From Candidatus Bathyarchaeia archaeon (lineage in GTDB: Archaea > Thermoproteota > Bathyarchaeia > Bathyarchaeales > Bathycorpusculaceae), in the NCBI GenBank assembly GCA_038883855.1, contig JAVZLH010000002.1, positions 1 to 64,000 on the forward strand: a stretch of 64,000 nucleotides of DNA. Reading direction: 5' to 3'. The notes beneath the pieces were generated by a model. It ran no database searches. It had not been told where the DNA came from and worked only from the letters and a program-made list of their open reading frames with translations. The translations under genes and the position numbers were made by a program. Below, one piece after another: positions 52,926-61,526 of the stretch (its first letter is position 1; each line of letters opens with the position of its first letter).

Positions 52926-53575
52926 GATTGATCACTCCAACCTTTATAAAAGCCCCTAGAAATCTCAACGACAACATCCCTTAGGAATTTTCCTGCATAA
53001 AGCAGGTCTGAGAAAACCCTTTTCAAATCTGTTCTTTCACCAAACAAGTTGTGCCTTTCCAGCGCTGCATCTAGAATTTCCTGAACAACCGGCATTTTCT
53101 GTCCATAAACTTTTCTTGCAACATTCCAACACCTGATAAAGTCGGAGTGGTCTAAACCTAGACTGAAATATTCCATTAGGACGGCATATGCCAGTTCTTG
53201 AGGTGAAAGCTTCCTTGAAAGCTTCGCCTCCCAGTAAGCCTTACCTTCATCAACCTTACCGGTGCTGTAAAGGTAGCTCCAGTAAATATATGAATAGAAG
53301 ATATCCACGGTTCTGTCTTGAAACTCTGGACAACTAACTCCAGGGTAATGTCCCCTCGCACATACAGCAACCCCGTCTATGTCTGTTCGATCCTCAAAAT
53401 TTTTACATTCTATGCAAAACCTTGTCTTTGACGCTGTAGCTTTAGCGCCTTCAAACCGGTCTTGAAATTCTTGGCAGGCAACACCCGGGCAATGTCCTCT
53501 GGCACATAAGACCACGCCGTCTATCTCCATCCTATCCTCAAAATTTTTGCATTCAACACAAAATCTGGAAACCAT
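52910..53575 (-). CDS. Hypothetical protein with two tandem 37-aa Cys/His repeats
   Basis: The motif CxxC-x14-C-x3-H-x5-C occurs twice, followed by a helical C-terminal domain. Coupled within the operon. Confidence 0.8.
   Translation of the reverse strand: MVSRFCVECKNFEDRMEIDGVVLCARGHCPGVACQEFQDRFEGAKATASKTRFCIECKNFEDRTDIDGVAVCARGHYPGVSCPEFQDRTVDIFYSYIYWSYLYSTGKVDEGKAYWEAKLSRKLSPQELAYAVLMEYFSLGLDHSDFIRCWNVARKVYGQKMPVVQEILDAALERHNLFGERTDLKRVFSDLLYAGKFLRDVVVEISRGFYKGWSDQSWRMK
53312..53566 (-). repeat. Intragenic tandem duplication (2 x 111 bp, 33-bp spacer)
   Basis: RFCVECKNFEDRMEIDGVVLCARGHCPGVACQEFQDR versus RFCIECKNFEDRTDIDGVAVCARGHYPGVSCPEFQDR, 29/37 identical. Confidence 0.9.
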
Positions 53576-53584
53576 ATTTATCGC

Positions 53585-55189
53585 CTAAGCCAATATGCTT
53601 TCCAGAACTCCGTTGGACGCTTCCTCAGGCAATGGTATGCCAGTAACCTTTGAGGCCCTTTCCGATAACGAAACTAAATCGCTTCTATCCAGTAGATTGA
53701 GTTTCCATTTCCTTGCCCCGGCCATTAGCTGCTGCAGGCCAACCTTTATCCTATCCAGATAAGTGTAGAGTCCAACTGCGCCCCATGGCACCTCTTTAAA
53801 CTTGTCGCCCAGCATGTTTTGCAGGTCTGGAACACCTATAAAAAATTTCTCAGGCATACTGCCAAAAAGTTCTTCGAAATACCTTGGTAACAGCCCTTTC
53901 TGAGCCAAATCAGCAAAGTGGGATGATTTCATAACCGCAGTTAAGGGTGCCCTGCCCATTAATATTGCCTTCACATACGGTCCATCGCCAAAGTTGCTCA
54001 TCGCAATAGCTTTAAATATTTGAGTCTCGTCTATGAAGCCTCCCGCCATAACTATGTCAGGAACAAACCTCCCCTTCTTACTGAGAATTTCTGCACATTT
54101 CAAAACCTGTGCCTCTAGATAAACTGTTGGCGTGCCCATTTCGTTCATCATTGGAACAGGGCTCATCCCTGTGCCTCCGCTGGCACCGTCAAAGACCACG
54201 TAGTCGATTTTAGCTTCGGAAGCCACTTTCATGGTAAAGGCAACAGCTTCTGGACTGTAGGCTCCTGTTTTTAAACTTACCTTCTTAGCACCTTGCTCTC
54301 TTAGCCATTCGACATCTTCAACGAAGCCTTTCTCTGTTGGCATGCCGACGCGACTGTGCCTTTCAAAGGTTTTAAAGACTCCTTGTTTGAAGGCTTCCTG
54401 AACTTCGGGATCTTCAGGGTCAGGTATGACTATGTATCCTCTTTTTTTCAGCATTATAGCCTTTTGCAGATCGCCAACTCTAACTTCGCCTCCAATTGCT
54501 TTGGCTCCTTGACCCCACTTCCGCTCGATGATGTTTACCTCAAGCTTTGAAATCGCGTAGACATCAACGCCAAGCCTCTGATCCTCAACGTTGGTTTGCA
54601 CCGCAATATCACCATATTTCCCATCCCAAAACCTTCTGAAAGCCTCAACTCTCCTTTTAAGCTCGTGTGAAAAGACAACTTTGCCGCTTTCAATTCGGGC
54701 CTCCGGATCCATTCCACAAACGTTCTCTCCAATGGTCACTATTATTCCTGACAAAGCTCCGCCCACCGCTAACCCATCCCAGTTTAGCCTAGCTACATCT
54801 GTTGAACCGTAGGCGCCTATTATTAGAGGGATCTTAAGCGGTACACCTCCAACTTTTGTTTCAATTTCAACGTTTGGAAATATCGCCACATCAGAGTTTT
54901 CATCTATGCCGTTAGCACCCAAAAGCCTCGATTGAATATTAAAATGAGACCAGTCTAAGCCGTAGTCCTTCAAAGCCCCAGCCGTGCTATTTCCAAACAT
55001 GTTGGGATCGGGATAAAGGGCTTCCCTACCTCTAAACGCCGACAATGAAACTTCGCATAGAACTGGGCATTCTTTAACGCATATCGGACACAAACCGCTG
55101 GTTGGGCAGACATCTTCAACCCTAGCCCTAGTTCTAGTTGTCGACATGGAGTTCAAATACGAGGAGTTTCTATGAATTGGGAACGGCAC
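53585..55189 (-). CDS. FMN-binding glutamate synthase family protein (stand-alone, N-terminal Cys cluster)
   Basis: SGLCPICVKECPVLCE, GENVCGMDP, KWGQGAKAIGGE, LKTGAY, DGASGGTGMSP, AGGF and GLQQLMAGARK. Confidence 0.88.
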   Translation of the reverse strand: MPFPIHRNSSYLNSMSTTRTRARVEDVCPTSGLCPICVKECPVLCEVSLSAFRGREALYPDPNMFGNSTAGALKDYGLDWSHFNIQSRLLGANGIDENSDVAIFPNVEIETKVGGVPLKIPLIIGAYGSTDVARLNWDGLAVGGALSGIIVTIGENVCGMDPEARIESGKVVFSHELKRRVEAFRRFWDGKYGDIAVQTNVEDQRLGVDVYAISKLEVNIIERKWGQGAKAIGGEVRVGDLQKAIMLKKRGYIVIPDPEDPEVQEAFKQGVFKTFERHSRVGMPTEKGFVEDVEWLREQGAKKVSLKTGAYSPEAVAFTMKVASEAKIDYVVFDGASGGTGMSPVPMMNEMGTPTVYLEAQVLKCAEILSKKGRFVPDIVMAGGFIDETQIFKAIAMSNFGDGPYVKAILMGRAPLTAVMKSSHFADLAQKGLLPRYFEELFGSMPEKFFIGVPDLQNMLGDKFKEVPWGAVGLYTYLDRIKVGLQQLMAGARKWKLNLLDRSDLVSLSERASKVTGIPLPEEASNGVLESILA

Positions 55190-55224
55190 ATTTCAACCCT
55201 CACACCATTCGATCAATTGCCATC

Positions 55225-55238
55225 GGTAACCTATTGCC
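55225..55238 (-). promoter_or_regulatory. Candidate NrpR operator GGCAATAGGTTACC
   Basis: A 14-bp palindrome (GGYAA-N4-TTRCC) between the TATA box (CTTAAATC, 55247-55254) and the operon start. Confidence 0.55.
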
Positions 55239-55431
55239 GACATAAAGATTTAAGCGTTTCTGAAACCAAGCCTTAACATTAAATTTTTCACTCAAACGTT
55301 TGATTTCTTCAACTTTTATGTCATAGAGGGACAATCTCTTTTTTGAAAATAAAAGATTCTTCTCTTTTAGCTCAAAAGGGCTTTTTAAGAAGTTACAGCA
55401 AAAAGGGATGTCAAACAGGTTAGGGTGTGTT

Positions 55432-55698
55432 TTAAGGCGGATGGAAAATGGATATTAGAGTTTCTGTATGAACGACATTTGGGTGCTGCTCTACCATTTC
55501 ATAAATTATTTTCTTGAGTTCTTCAAGACTTTCAGCTTCGATGACGATTACGGCGTCAAACCTTCCCAAGACCGAATTAGCCATTTTAACACCCTTTATC
55601 CGTCTAGACCGCACAATCTCTTCGGATGTGCCAGGCTTCATAGTGACCATGACAAAGGCCCTTAAAGCTTTCTTGCGCAAATCTTTACTCGAAGCCAT
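55432..55698 (-). CDS. Stand-alone Lrp/AsnC ligand-binding domain protein
   Basis: RAFVMVTMKPG, GRFDAVIVIEA and HTETLI. Confidence 0.88.
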   Translation of the reverse strand: MASSKDLRKKALRAFVMVTMKPGTSEEIVRSRRIKGVKMANSVLGRFDAVIVIEAESLEELKKIIYEMVEQHPNVVHTETLISIFHPP

Positions 55699-55724
55699 AT
55701 ACTTTCTCCTCGTATACGCTAAGT

Positions 55725-55952
55725 TTAAAGGGCTAGCGAGGTTTCTGTATGGATTATGTTTGGGTCTTTCTCGATGACCTTGTAGACTATTTCGTTTATG
55801 TCTTCAAGCTTCGGTGCCTCTATGATTACTATGGCGTCGAATCTTCCGTAGATTGAGTCGGCTTGAGCAACTTCTTTAACGTTGTTTTTTATTCGTTTGA
55901 CAACTTCCTCTGAAGTTCCTGGCTTCGTTTTTATGAATATGTAGGCTTTCAT
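55725..55952 (-). CDS. Stand-alone Lrp/AsnC ligand-binding domain protein (paralogue of its neighbour)
   Basis: KAYIFIKTKPG, YGRFDAIVIIEA and HTETS. Confidence 0.88.
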   Translation of the reverse strand: MKAYIFIKTKPGTSEEVVKRIKNNVKEVAQADSIYGRFDAIVIIEAPKLEDINEIVYKVIEKDPNIIHTETSLAL

Positions 55953-55984
55953 TTTCTCTTATTCCCTCCATTTCCTTTTCTTTT

Positions 55985-57448
55985 TTAATAATCCAAATAT
56001 TTCATTATCTCCCAAGGTGTTACATAGAGACAGTACTGGTTCCAGTCGTTCATTTTATATTCTATAAATGCATCGAATATATGGCTTCCTAAGGTTTGAT
56101 GTATTACTTCGTCGCTTTTCATTTCTTCCAGCGCATCTCTTAGTGTCGTTGGCAGCTCTCTTATTCCAAGGGCTCTCCGCCTTTCCACTGACATTCTATA
56201 TACATCTTCGTCCACGGGGTCGCCGGGGTCAATTTTCTTTTTGACTCCATCAAGTCCTGCGGTTAATAGACACGCGAAAGCCAGATATGGATTGCATGAT
56301 GGATCGACACCACGATATTCCAATCTCTTTTGGTAGGCGAACTCCGGCCCCTTATAATAGACCGGGATGCGCACTAGGGCTGACCTATTGCGGCGGGACC
56401 ACATTATATAAATTGGCGCTTCAAATCCTGGAACCAAACGCTTGTAGGAGTTAACTGTTGGACAGCATACGGCGCTCAAGGCTCTAGCATGCTCCAAAAG
56501 ACCGCCAATGAAGTACCTGCCGGTTTGGCTAAGCTCCGCATATTCATCGTTCTCGTCGTACATCACATTTCCACCGTCTTTCCATAGGGAGACATGCGTA
56601 TGCATTCCGCTAGCGTTGTCAAGGTAAACGGGTTTCGGCATAAAAGTAGCTACTAAACCGTATTTCTTGGCAACATTCTTAGCCACAAACTTGTAATATA
56701 TGGCTCGGTCAGCAGTCTCGACAAGAGGCCCGTATTGAAAGTCTATTTCTATTTGTCCAGCTGTGGCAACTTCATGGTGATGCTTTTCAATTTTGAAGCC
56801 GAAATAATCTTCCAGAATTGAAGATACCTCATTTCGGTATTGTATCGTTGTGTCTTCAGGAGGCGGCCTATAATAAGCTTCTTTCGGTCTTAACACAAAG
56901 TTTCCAGGGGTTATTTCAGGAGACTGTGGCACAACTCTTGGAGGACCCCAAGAATCGCCTTCGCCGCCTTTTGGGCTTACCCAAAGATCCCAAACAAGTT
57001 TTGTCGGATCTATAGATGCGAACACAAAGTATTCAAGTTCGGGGGCCATGAATACTTCGAAGCCCATTTCCTCAGCAGCTTTCACAGCTCTTTTTGCAAC
57101 ATAGCTTCTTGGACACACTTCTGAAGGGCCGCCGCCGTAGGCTTCATGCACATCGCCTAAAATTATGGTGCTTTTCTGGTTTTCATCGGTTTCCCATGGC
57201 AGTATGGCCAGAGTTTTAGGGTCAGGCATGTAGGTCATGTCTGATTCATCTATGGATTTGAATCCTCTCACAGAAGAGCCGTCAAATCCTAAACCTGACT
57301 TAAAGGCGTTCCCTTCAAGGTACTCCCTTGCAGGCACAATCATGTCCTGTAAAAGCCCTCGTATGTCGACGAAAGCTGAATGAACCCAACGTACCTTATG
57401 TTTTTTCAAAAGCTCTAACGCTCTCTTGACATCTTCATCCTCTATCAT
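55985..57448 (-). CDS. glnA: Glutamine synthetase type I
   Basis: FDGSSVRGF, PELEY, HHEVATAGQ.EI, TFMPKP, SGMHTHVSL, NSYKRLVPGFEAP, NRSALVRIP and RLEYR. Confidence 0.96.
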   Translation of the reverse strand: MIEDEDVKRALELLKKHKVRWVHSAFVDIRGLLQDMIVPAREYLEGNAFKSGLGFDGSSVRGFKSIDESDMTYMPDPKTLAILPWETDENQKSTIILGDVHEAYGGGPSEVCPRSYVAKRAVKAAEEMGFEVFMAPELEYFVFASIDPTKLVWDLWVSPKGGEGDSWGPPRVVPQSPEITPGNFVLRPKEAYYRPPPEDTTIQYRNEVSSILEDYFGFKIEKHHHEVATAGQIEIDFQYGPLVETADRAIYYKFVAKNVAKKYGLVATFMPKPVYLDNASGMHTHVSLWKDGGNVMYDENDEYAELSQTGRYFIGGLLEHARALSAVCCPTVNSYKRLVPGFEAPIYIMWSRRNRSALVRIPVYYKGPEFAYQKRLEYRGVDPSCNPYLAFACLLTAGLDGVKKKIDPGDPVDEDVYRMSVERRRALGIRELPTTLRDALEEMKSDEVIHQTLGSHIFDAFIEYKMNDWNQYCLYVTPWEIMKYLDY

Positions 57449-57588
57449 GCTAATACACCATTTAGAATCCCGTATATTTTATTTCACAAACATATAAATG
57501 TTTTCCTAATTGATGGAAAAAATTTATATATTTTTTTAATTTAATGAATAAATGTTCAATTACAACACTTAGAAGCGAGTGAAATAGC

Positions 57589-58053
57589 ATGCCCGAGAAA
57601 CTGGATGATGTGGATTTTAAGATTCTTAATTTGTTACAGGAAGATTCAAGGCTTTCCTATAACAAAATTGCAGACAAACTTGGAATATCCGTTGGCACTG
57701 CGTACAACCGAATTAAAAGTCTGGAGGAAAAAAGAGTGCTAAAAGGATACACGATTCTAGTCGATCCAAACAAAATCGGTTATAACTTAACGGCGCTCAT
57801 ACTAATTCAGGCTGAAGGAAAACATCTTGTGGACGTTGAAAACGAAATTGCAAAAATGGGCAACATAATATCCGTTTACGATATAACCGGAGATTTCGAT
57901 ATCGCTGTAATCGCAAGATTCAAGGACAGAGATGGCCTAAACCAGTTCATAAAAAGTTTGCTAAGCTTACCATACGTGAAAAGAACTGTAACTAATGTGG
58001 TTCTGAACGTGGTTAAAGAAGACTTCAGGCTGAAAATTTACAACTTTATATAG
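57589..58053 (+). CDS. Lrp/AsnC family transcriptional regulator (full length), divergent from glnA
   Basis: LDDVDFKILNLLQEDSR HTH and ITGDFD. Confidence 0.93.
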   Translation: MPEKLDDVDFKILNLLQEDSRLSYNKIADKLGISVGTAYNRIKSLEEKRVLKGYTILVDPNKIGYNLTALILIQAEGKHLVDVENEIAKMGNIISVYDITGDFDIAVIARFKDRDGLNQFIKSLLSLPYVKRTVTNVVLNVVKEDFRLKIYNFI

Positions 58054-58585
58054 ACTTTGTAAGCTCAAGCTAAGAGCTTAGGGATTTCTATAAATAGCCA
58101 GTCATAATCCCTTCAGGAAGAGGTGTCAAAAATAGGGGGACTCATACATTGTATCTTTTCTATACCCATCTTCGGCCCATTTTGAGGTTTTAGCATGTTT
58201 ACGTTCGTTTCAAGGCTTTTTTAATTCTTCTATTTCTAGATATACTTCTCCTACACTTTTTCATCTAACATTTTTTGCGTCATGGGATCATCCTTTTTAC
58301 TTTATGGAAATTCTGTATAGGCGTACTAACACTCGGCCAACTTTTTAGATATTTGTTTATTAAAAGTAATTGTTAATATAAATATTTCCGATTATCGAAG
58401 GAATAATTTACAAAATTTATAATAATGCTTCGCAATTTTGAATGAATATTCAATAAAAACCTAGCGGTGTTAATTGAAGTTGTTAAAAATGATGATAATT
58501 CCTATTTTTCGATTAGGGACACAGCCGAGAATAAAATACTTTTTTCTTCAGCTTAAGTCGCCAGTCATGTAGAACGGTTGAAATG

Positions 58586-58619
58586 TTTATATACCGGAAA
58601 AATTAGGTAATAGGCAACC
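58586..58619 (+). promoter_or_regulatory. TATA box (TTTATATA) with a downstream candidate operator GGTAATAGGCAACC (58606-58619)
   Basis: Matches the 55225-55238 site at 11/14 positions and lies in a similar position relative to TATA. Confidence 0.5.
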
Positions 58620-58640
58620 ATATGCCTACAAATTGGGTGA

Positions 58641-59087
58641 ATGGATACGAAACGAGTTTACGTCCATGAAGAACTTTGTATGGGCTGCGGGTTGTGCGAA
58701 GTCTACTGTGCAGTTCAGCATTCAGAATCCAAAGATCTTATCAAGGCTTTCAGGAGAGAAACTCCCAAACCAGTCACTCGCATTAAACTACTTCAAGAAA
58801 AGCCTGTATCGTTTCCAGTTCAATGTAAAAACTGCAGCGACCCTTTATGCGTTTCTGCATGCCTATCGGGTGCCATGCGCGTTGACGAGGAAACAGGGTT
58901 AATAATACACGATGAAGAAAGATGCATTGGATGTTTGACGTGCGTCATAGTTTGTCCCGTAGGCGCCGTTAGAATCAACCCAAACAACAGCAAAGTTGTA
59001 ATCAAATGTGACCTGTGCCAAGAAGCTGAAACACCTGCTTGTGTAAAGTTCTGTCCTAATGAGGCGCTAACCCTTGGGGAGGTATAG
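58641..59087 (+). CDS. 4Fe-4S dicluster protein (CooF/HydN-like)
   Basis: CMGCGLCEVYC, CKNCSDPLCVSAC, CIGCLTCVIVCP and KCDLC...CVKFCP. Confidence 0.92.
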   Translation: MDTKRVYVHEELCMGCGLCEVYCAVQHSESKDLIKAFRRETPKPVTRIKLLQEKPVSFPVQCKNCSDPLCVSACLSGAMRVDEETGLIIHDEERCIGCLTCVIVCPVGAVRINPNNSKVVIKCDLCQEAETPACVKFCPNEALTLGEV

Positions 59088-59091
59088 TGTG

Positions 59092-60378
59092 ATGACCGAG
59101 TATGTGATCATAGGTTGCTCAGCCGGAGCGGTAGGAGCTGTTGAAGCCATAAGAGAATTAGACCCAGTGGGTGGTATTGCTGTAATAAGTGAAGAACCAG
59201 TTCCCGCTTATTCGCGTCCAATGATAGGCAAATACCTCAGCGAAGAAGTAAACGTAGAAAGTATGATTTTTCCATCAAAGAATTTCTGGGAAAAGCAAAA
59301 AGTTAAGCTATTCCTCAGGAAGAAGGCGGTTAAACTTGACTTGACCCGGAAAAAGGTTGAGCTTGAAGGGGCTGAAAAAATCGGTTTTGACAAACTTCTG
59401 ATAGCAACAGGAAGCAAGCCAATCATACCAAACATCGAAGGCGTAACAAAAAAGGGAGTACACACCTTTACTAGAATAGCTGATGCCGAGCATATAAAAG
59501 AAACTATTCATGTTGTCAAAGCGCAAAAAGCAGTTGTCGTAGGCGTAGGCCTCGTCGGTATAACCGTCACAGAAGCGTTAGACAAGCTTGGATTAAAGGT
59601 CACCATTGTTGGGCGCAGAGACCGTGTTCTCAATCAAGTCCTTGATCAAAAGGCAGCGAAAATCCTTGAGGAAGCAATGCAAAAAGAAGGGGTATGCATC
59701 GTGAAAGGTCGTACAGTTCAACGTGTTTTAGGGAGAAAAGATGACGATGACATTGTTGGCGGCGTCCTTCTTGACGATGGGAGCTCGATAGAATGTGACT
59801 TAGTTGTGTTTGCCGTTGGTGTTGTTCCAAGAACGGAGCTTGTTGTCAACACTGAATTGAAAATCAACAATGGGATTCTGACCGATAGGTTTATGCAAAC
59901 CAGCATTCCCGACATCTACGCTTGCGGGGATGTAGCTGAAACATACGACTTCGTCAGCGGGAAACAGCGAGTTCTTGCACTATGGCCCTTGGCCAGAATA
60001 AGCGGTAGAGTTGCAGGCTATAACATGGCTGGGCTAAAATTTGAATACCAAGGTGGGACATCTATGATCGCCATCAACCATTTTGGAGTTCCAATAATTT
60101 CTGTTGGCTTAACTACCCAAAACGGAGATTTCGAAGGTTATGAAACGCTGGTTTTCCATGATCAAGAAAGAAGGATTTACAGGAAAATTATACTAAAAAG
60201 CGGAAAAATTATGGGTATGACGCTTATTGGAGACGTTGAAAAAGCTGGCGTAATTTTCCACATTATGAAAAACAAAGTTAATGTTGAGGATTTCAAACAC
60301 AAACTCAGAGCCGACAATTTCAGTTTGGCGTCTCTACCTGAAACTTTAAGAAAACAACTTATCTCGGGGGTTTTGTAA
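59092..60378 (+). CDS. NAD(P)/FAD-dependent oxidoreductase (NirB/rubredoxin-reductase-like)
   Basis: YVIIGCSAGA, AYSRP, LLIATGS, VVVGVGLVG and IYACGDVAE; GGAGGT SD before the start. Confidence 0.9.
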   Translation: MTEYVIIGCSAGAVGAVEAIRELDPVGGIAVISEEPVPAYSRPMIGKYLSEEVNVESMIFPSKNFWEKQKVKLFLRKKAVKLDLTRKKVELEGAEKIGFDKLLIATGSKPIIPNIEGVTKKGVHTFTRIADAEHIKETIHVVKAQKAVVVGVGLVGITVTEALDKLGLKVTIVGRRDRVLNQVLDQKAAKILEEAMQKEGVCIVKGRTVQRVLGRKDDDDIVGGVLLDDGSSIECDLVVFAVGVVPRTELVVNTELKINNGILTDRFMQTSIPDIYACGDVAETYDFVSGKQRVLALWPLARISGRVAGYNMAGLKFEYQGGTSMIAINHFGVPIISVGLTTQNGDFEGYETLVFHDQERRIYRKIILKSGKIMGMTLIGDVEKAGVIFHIMKNKVNVEDFKHKLRADNFSLASLPETLRKQLISGVL

Positions 60379-61526
60379 TGAATATCACCACTCTCCTAAA
60401 CAATCCTTACAAGGACGACAAAGTCATCGATGCTTGTGGGCTCTTCGGTATGATGGACCTTACTGGGAGACGTTTTGGGTCAAAGGACCCTGTTAAAGCC
60501 ATCTCAAACATGCGTGAAAGGGGAAATGGCCTTGGAGGAGGCTTTGCCATCTACGGGCTTTACCCCGAACACAGGGATGACTACGCATTCCACATAACGT
60601 ATTTGAATACAGAAGCAAAAGAAAAAGTTGAAAGGCTTTTATCACAAAACTTTGACGTTGTCGAAGCCGAAGAAATACCCGTCAATCCAAAAGCGAACGT
60701 TTGGAATCCTCCTCTAATTTGGCGATATTTCCTCCAGCCAAAGAAGGGTGCTGTCAAATGTCAACAAGACGATGAATATGTGTTCTATAACGTTATGAAG
60801 ATCAATACCGAGTCAAGTGGCGCCTTTGTATTTTCCAGCGGAAAAAACATGGGCGTATTCAAGGGTGTAGGCTTTCCAGAGGATATCGCCGAGTACTTCT
60901 GCCTAGACGAATACGAAGGTTACATGTGGATCTGTCACGGGAGGTTTCCGACAAATACTCCAGGCTGGTGGGGCGGTGCTCACCCATTTAGCATCCTCGA
61001 CTGGGTGGTCGTGCATAACGGAGAACTGTCAAGCTATGGAGCCAACCGAAGATTCCTCGAAATGTACGGTTACCACTGCACAATGCAGACCGACACGGAA
61101 GTCATGGTTTACGCATTAGACTTGCTCGTGAGGAAACAGAAGTTGCCAATGGAAGTTGCCGTAAAAATATTGGCTCCGCCTCTATGGATCGAAATCGACG
61201 CCATGGAACCAGGCAAAAGAGAGTTATATACGGCGTTACGCCAAAGCTATGGCAGCTTACTAATGAATGGGCCCTTTACCATAATCGCAGCCCGTACAGG
61301 AGAAATGATTGGCTTAACGGACCGCATAAAGTTAAGACCGCTTACAGCGGGCATTAGGGGAGATTTGCTCTTTTTGTCTTCCGAAGAATCCGCCATGCGG
61401 GCAGTTGCACCCAATTTGGATAAAGTTTGGGGCCCTCGTGGAGGCGAACTCGTAATTGGGAGACTTAAAGAGATGAGAGCTCCAGAAATTGTGGCTCCTG
61501 AGGTGGGAAGATCAAGAGCTATATAG
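60378..61526 (+). CDS. Class II glutamine amidotransferase subunit of a split glutamate synthase (GltB1/GlxB-like)
   Basis: DACGLFG, ERGNGLGGG, HGRFPTNT, HPF, HNGELS, TDTEV, LMNGPF and DRIKLRP. Confidence 0.92.
   Translation: MNITTLLNNPYKDDKVIDACGLFGMMDLTGRRFGSKDPVKAISNMRERGNGLGGGFAIYGLYPEHRDDYAFHITYLNTEAKEKVERLLSQNFDVVEAEEIPVNPKANVWNPPLIWRYFLQPKKGAVKCQQDDEYVFYNVMKINTESSGAFVFSSGKNMGVFKGVGFPEDIAEYFCLDEYEGYMWICHGRFPTNTPGWWGGAHPFSILDWVVVHNGELSSYGANRRFLEMYGYHCTMQTDTEVMVYALDLLVRKQKLPMEVAVKILAPPLWIEIDAMEPGKRELYTALRQSYGSLLMNGPFTIIAARTGEMIGLTDRIKLRPLTAGIRGDLLFLSSEESAMRAVAPNLDKVWGPRGGELVIGRLKEMRAPEIVAPEVGRSRAI

Noticed and set aside
58054-58585. AT-rich 530-bp intergenic region, considered as an ncRNA or small ORF
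   Set aside because: I found no stable stem pattern, SD-led ORF or repeat.
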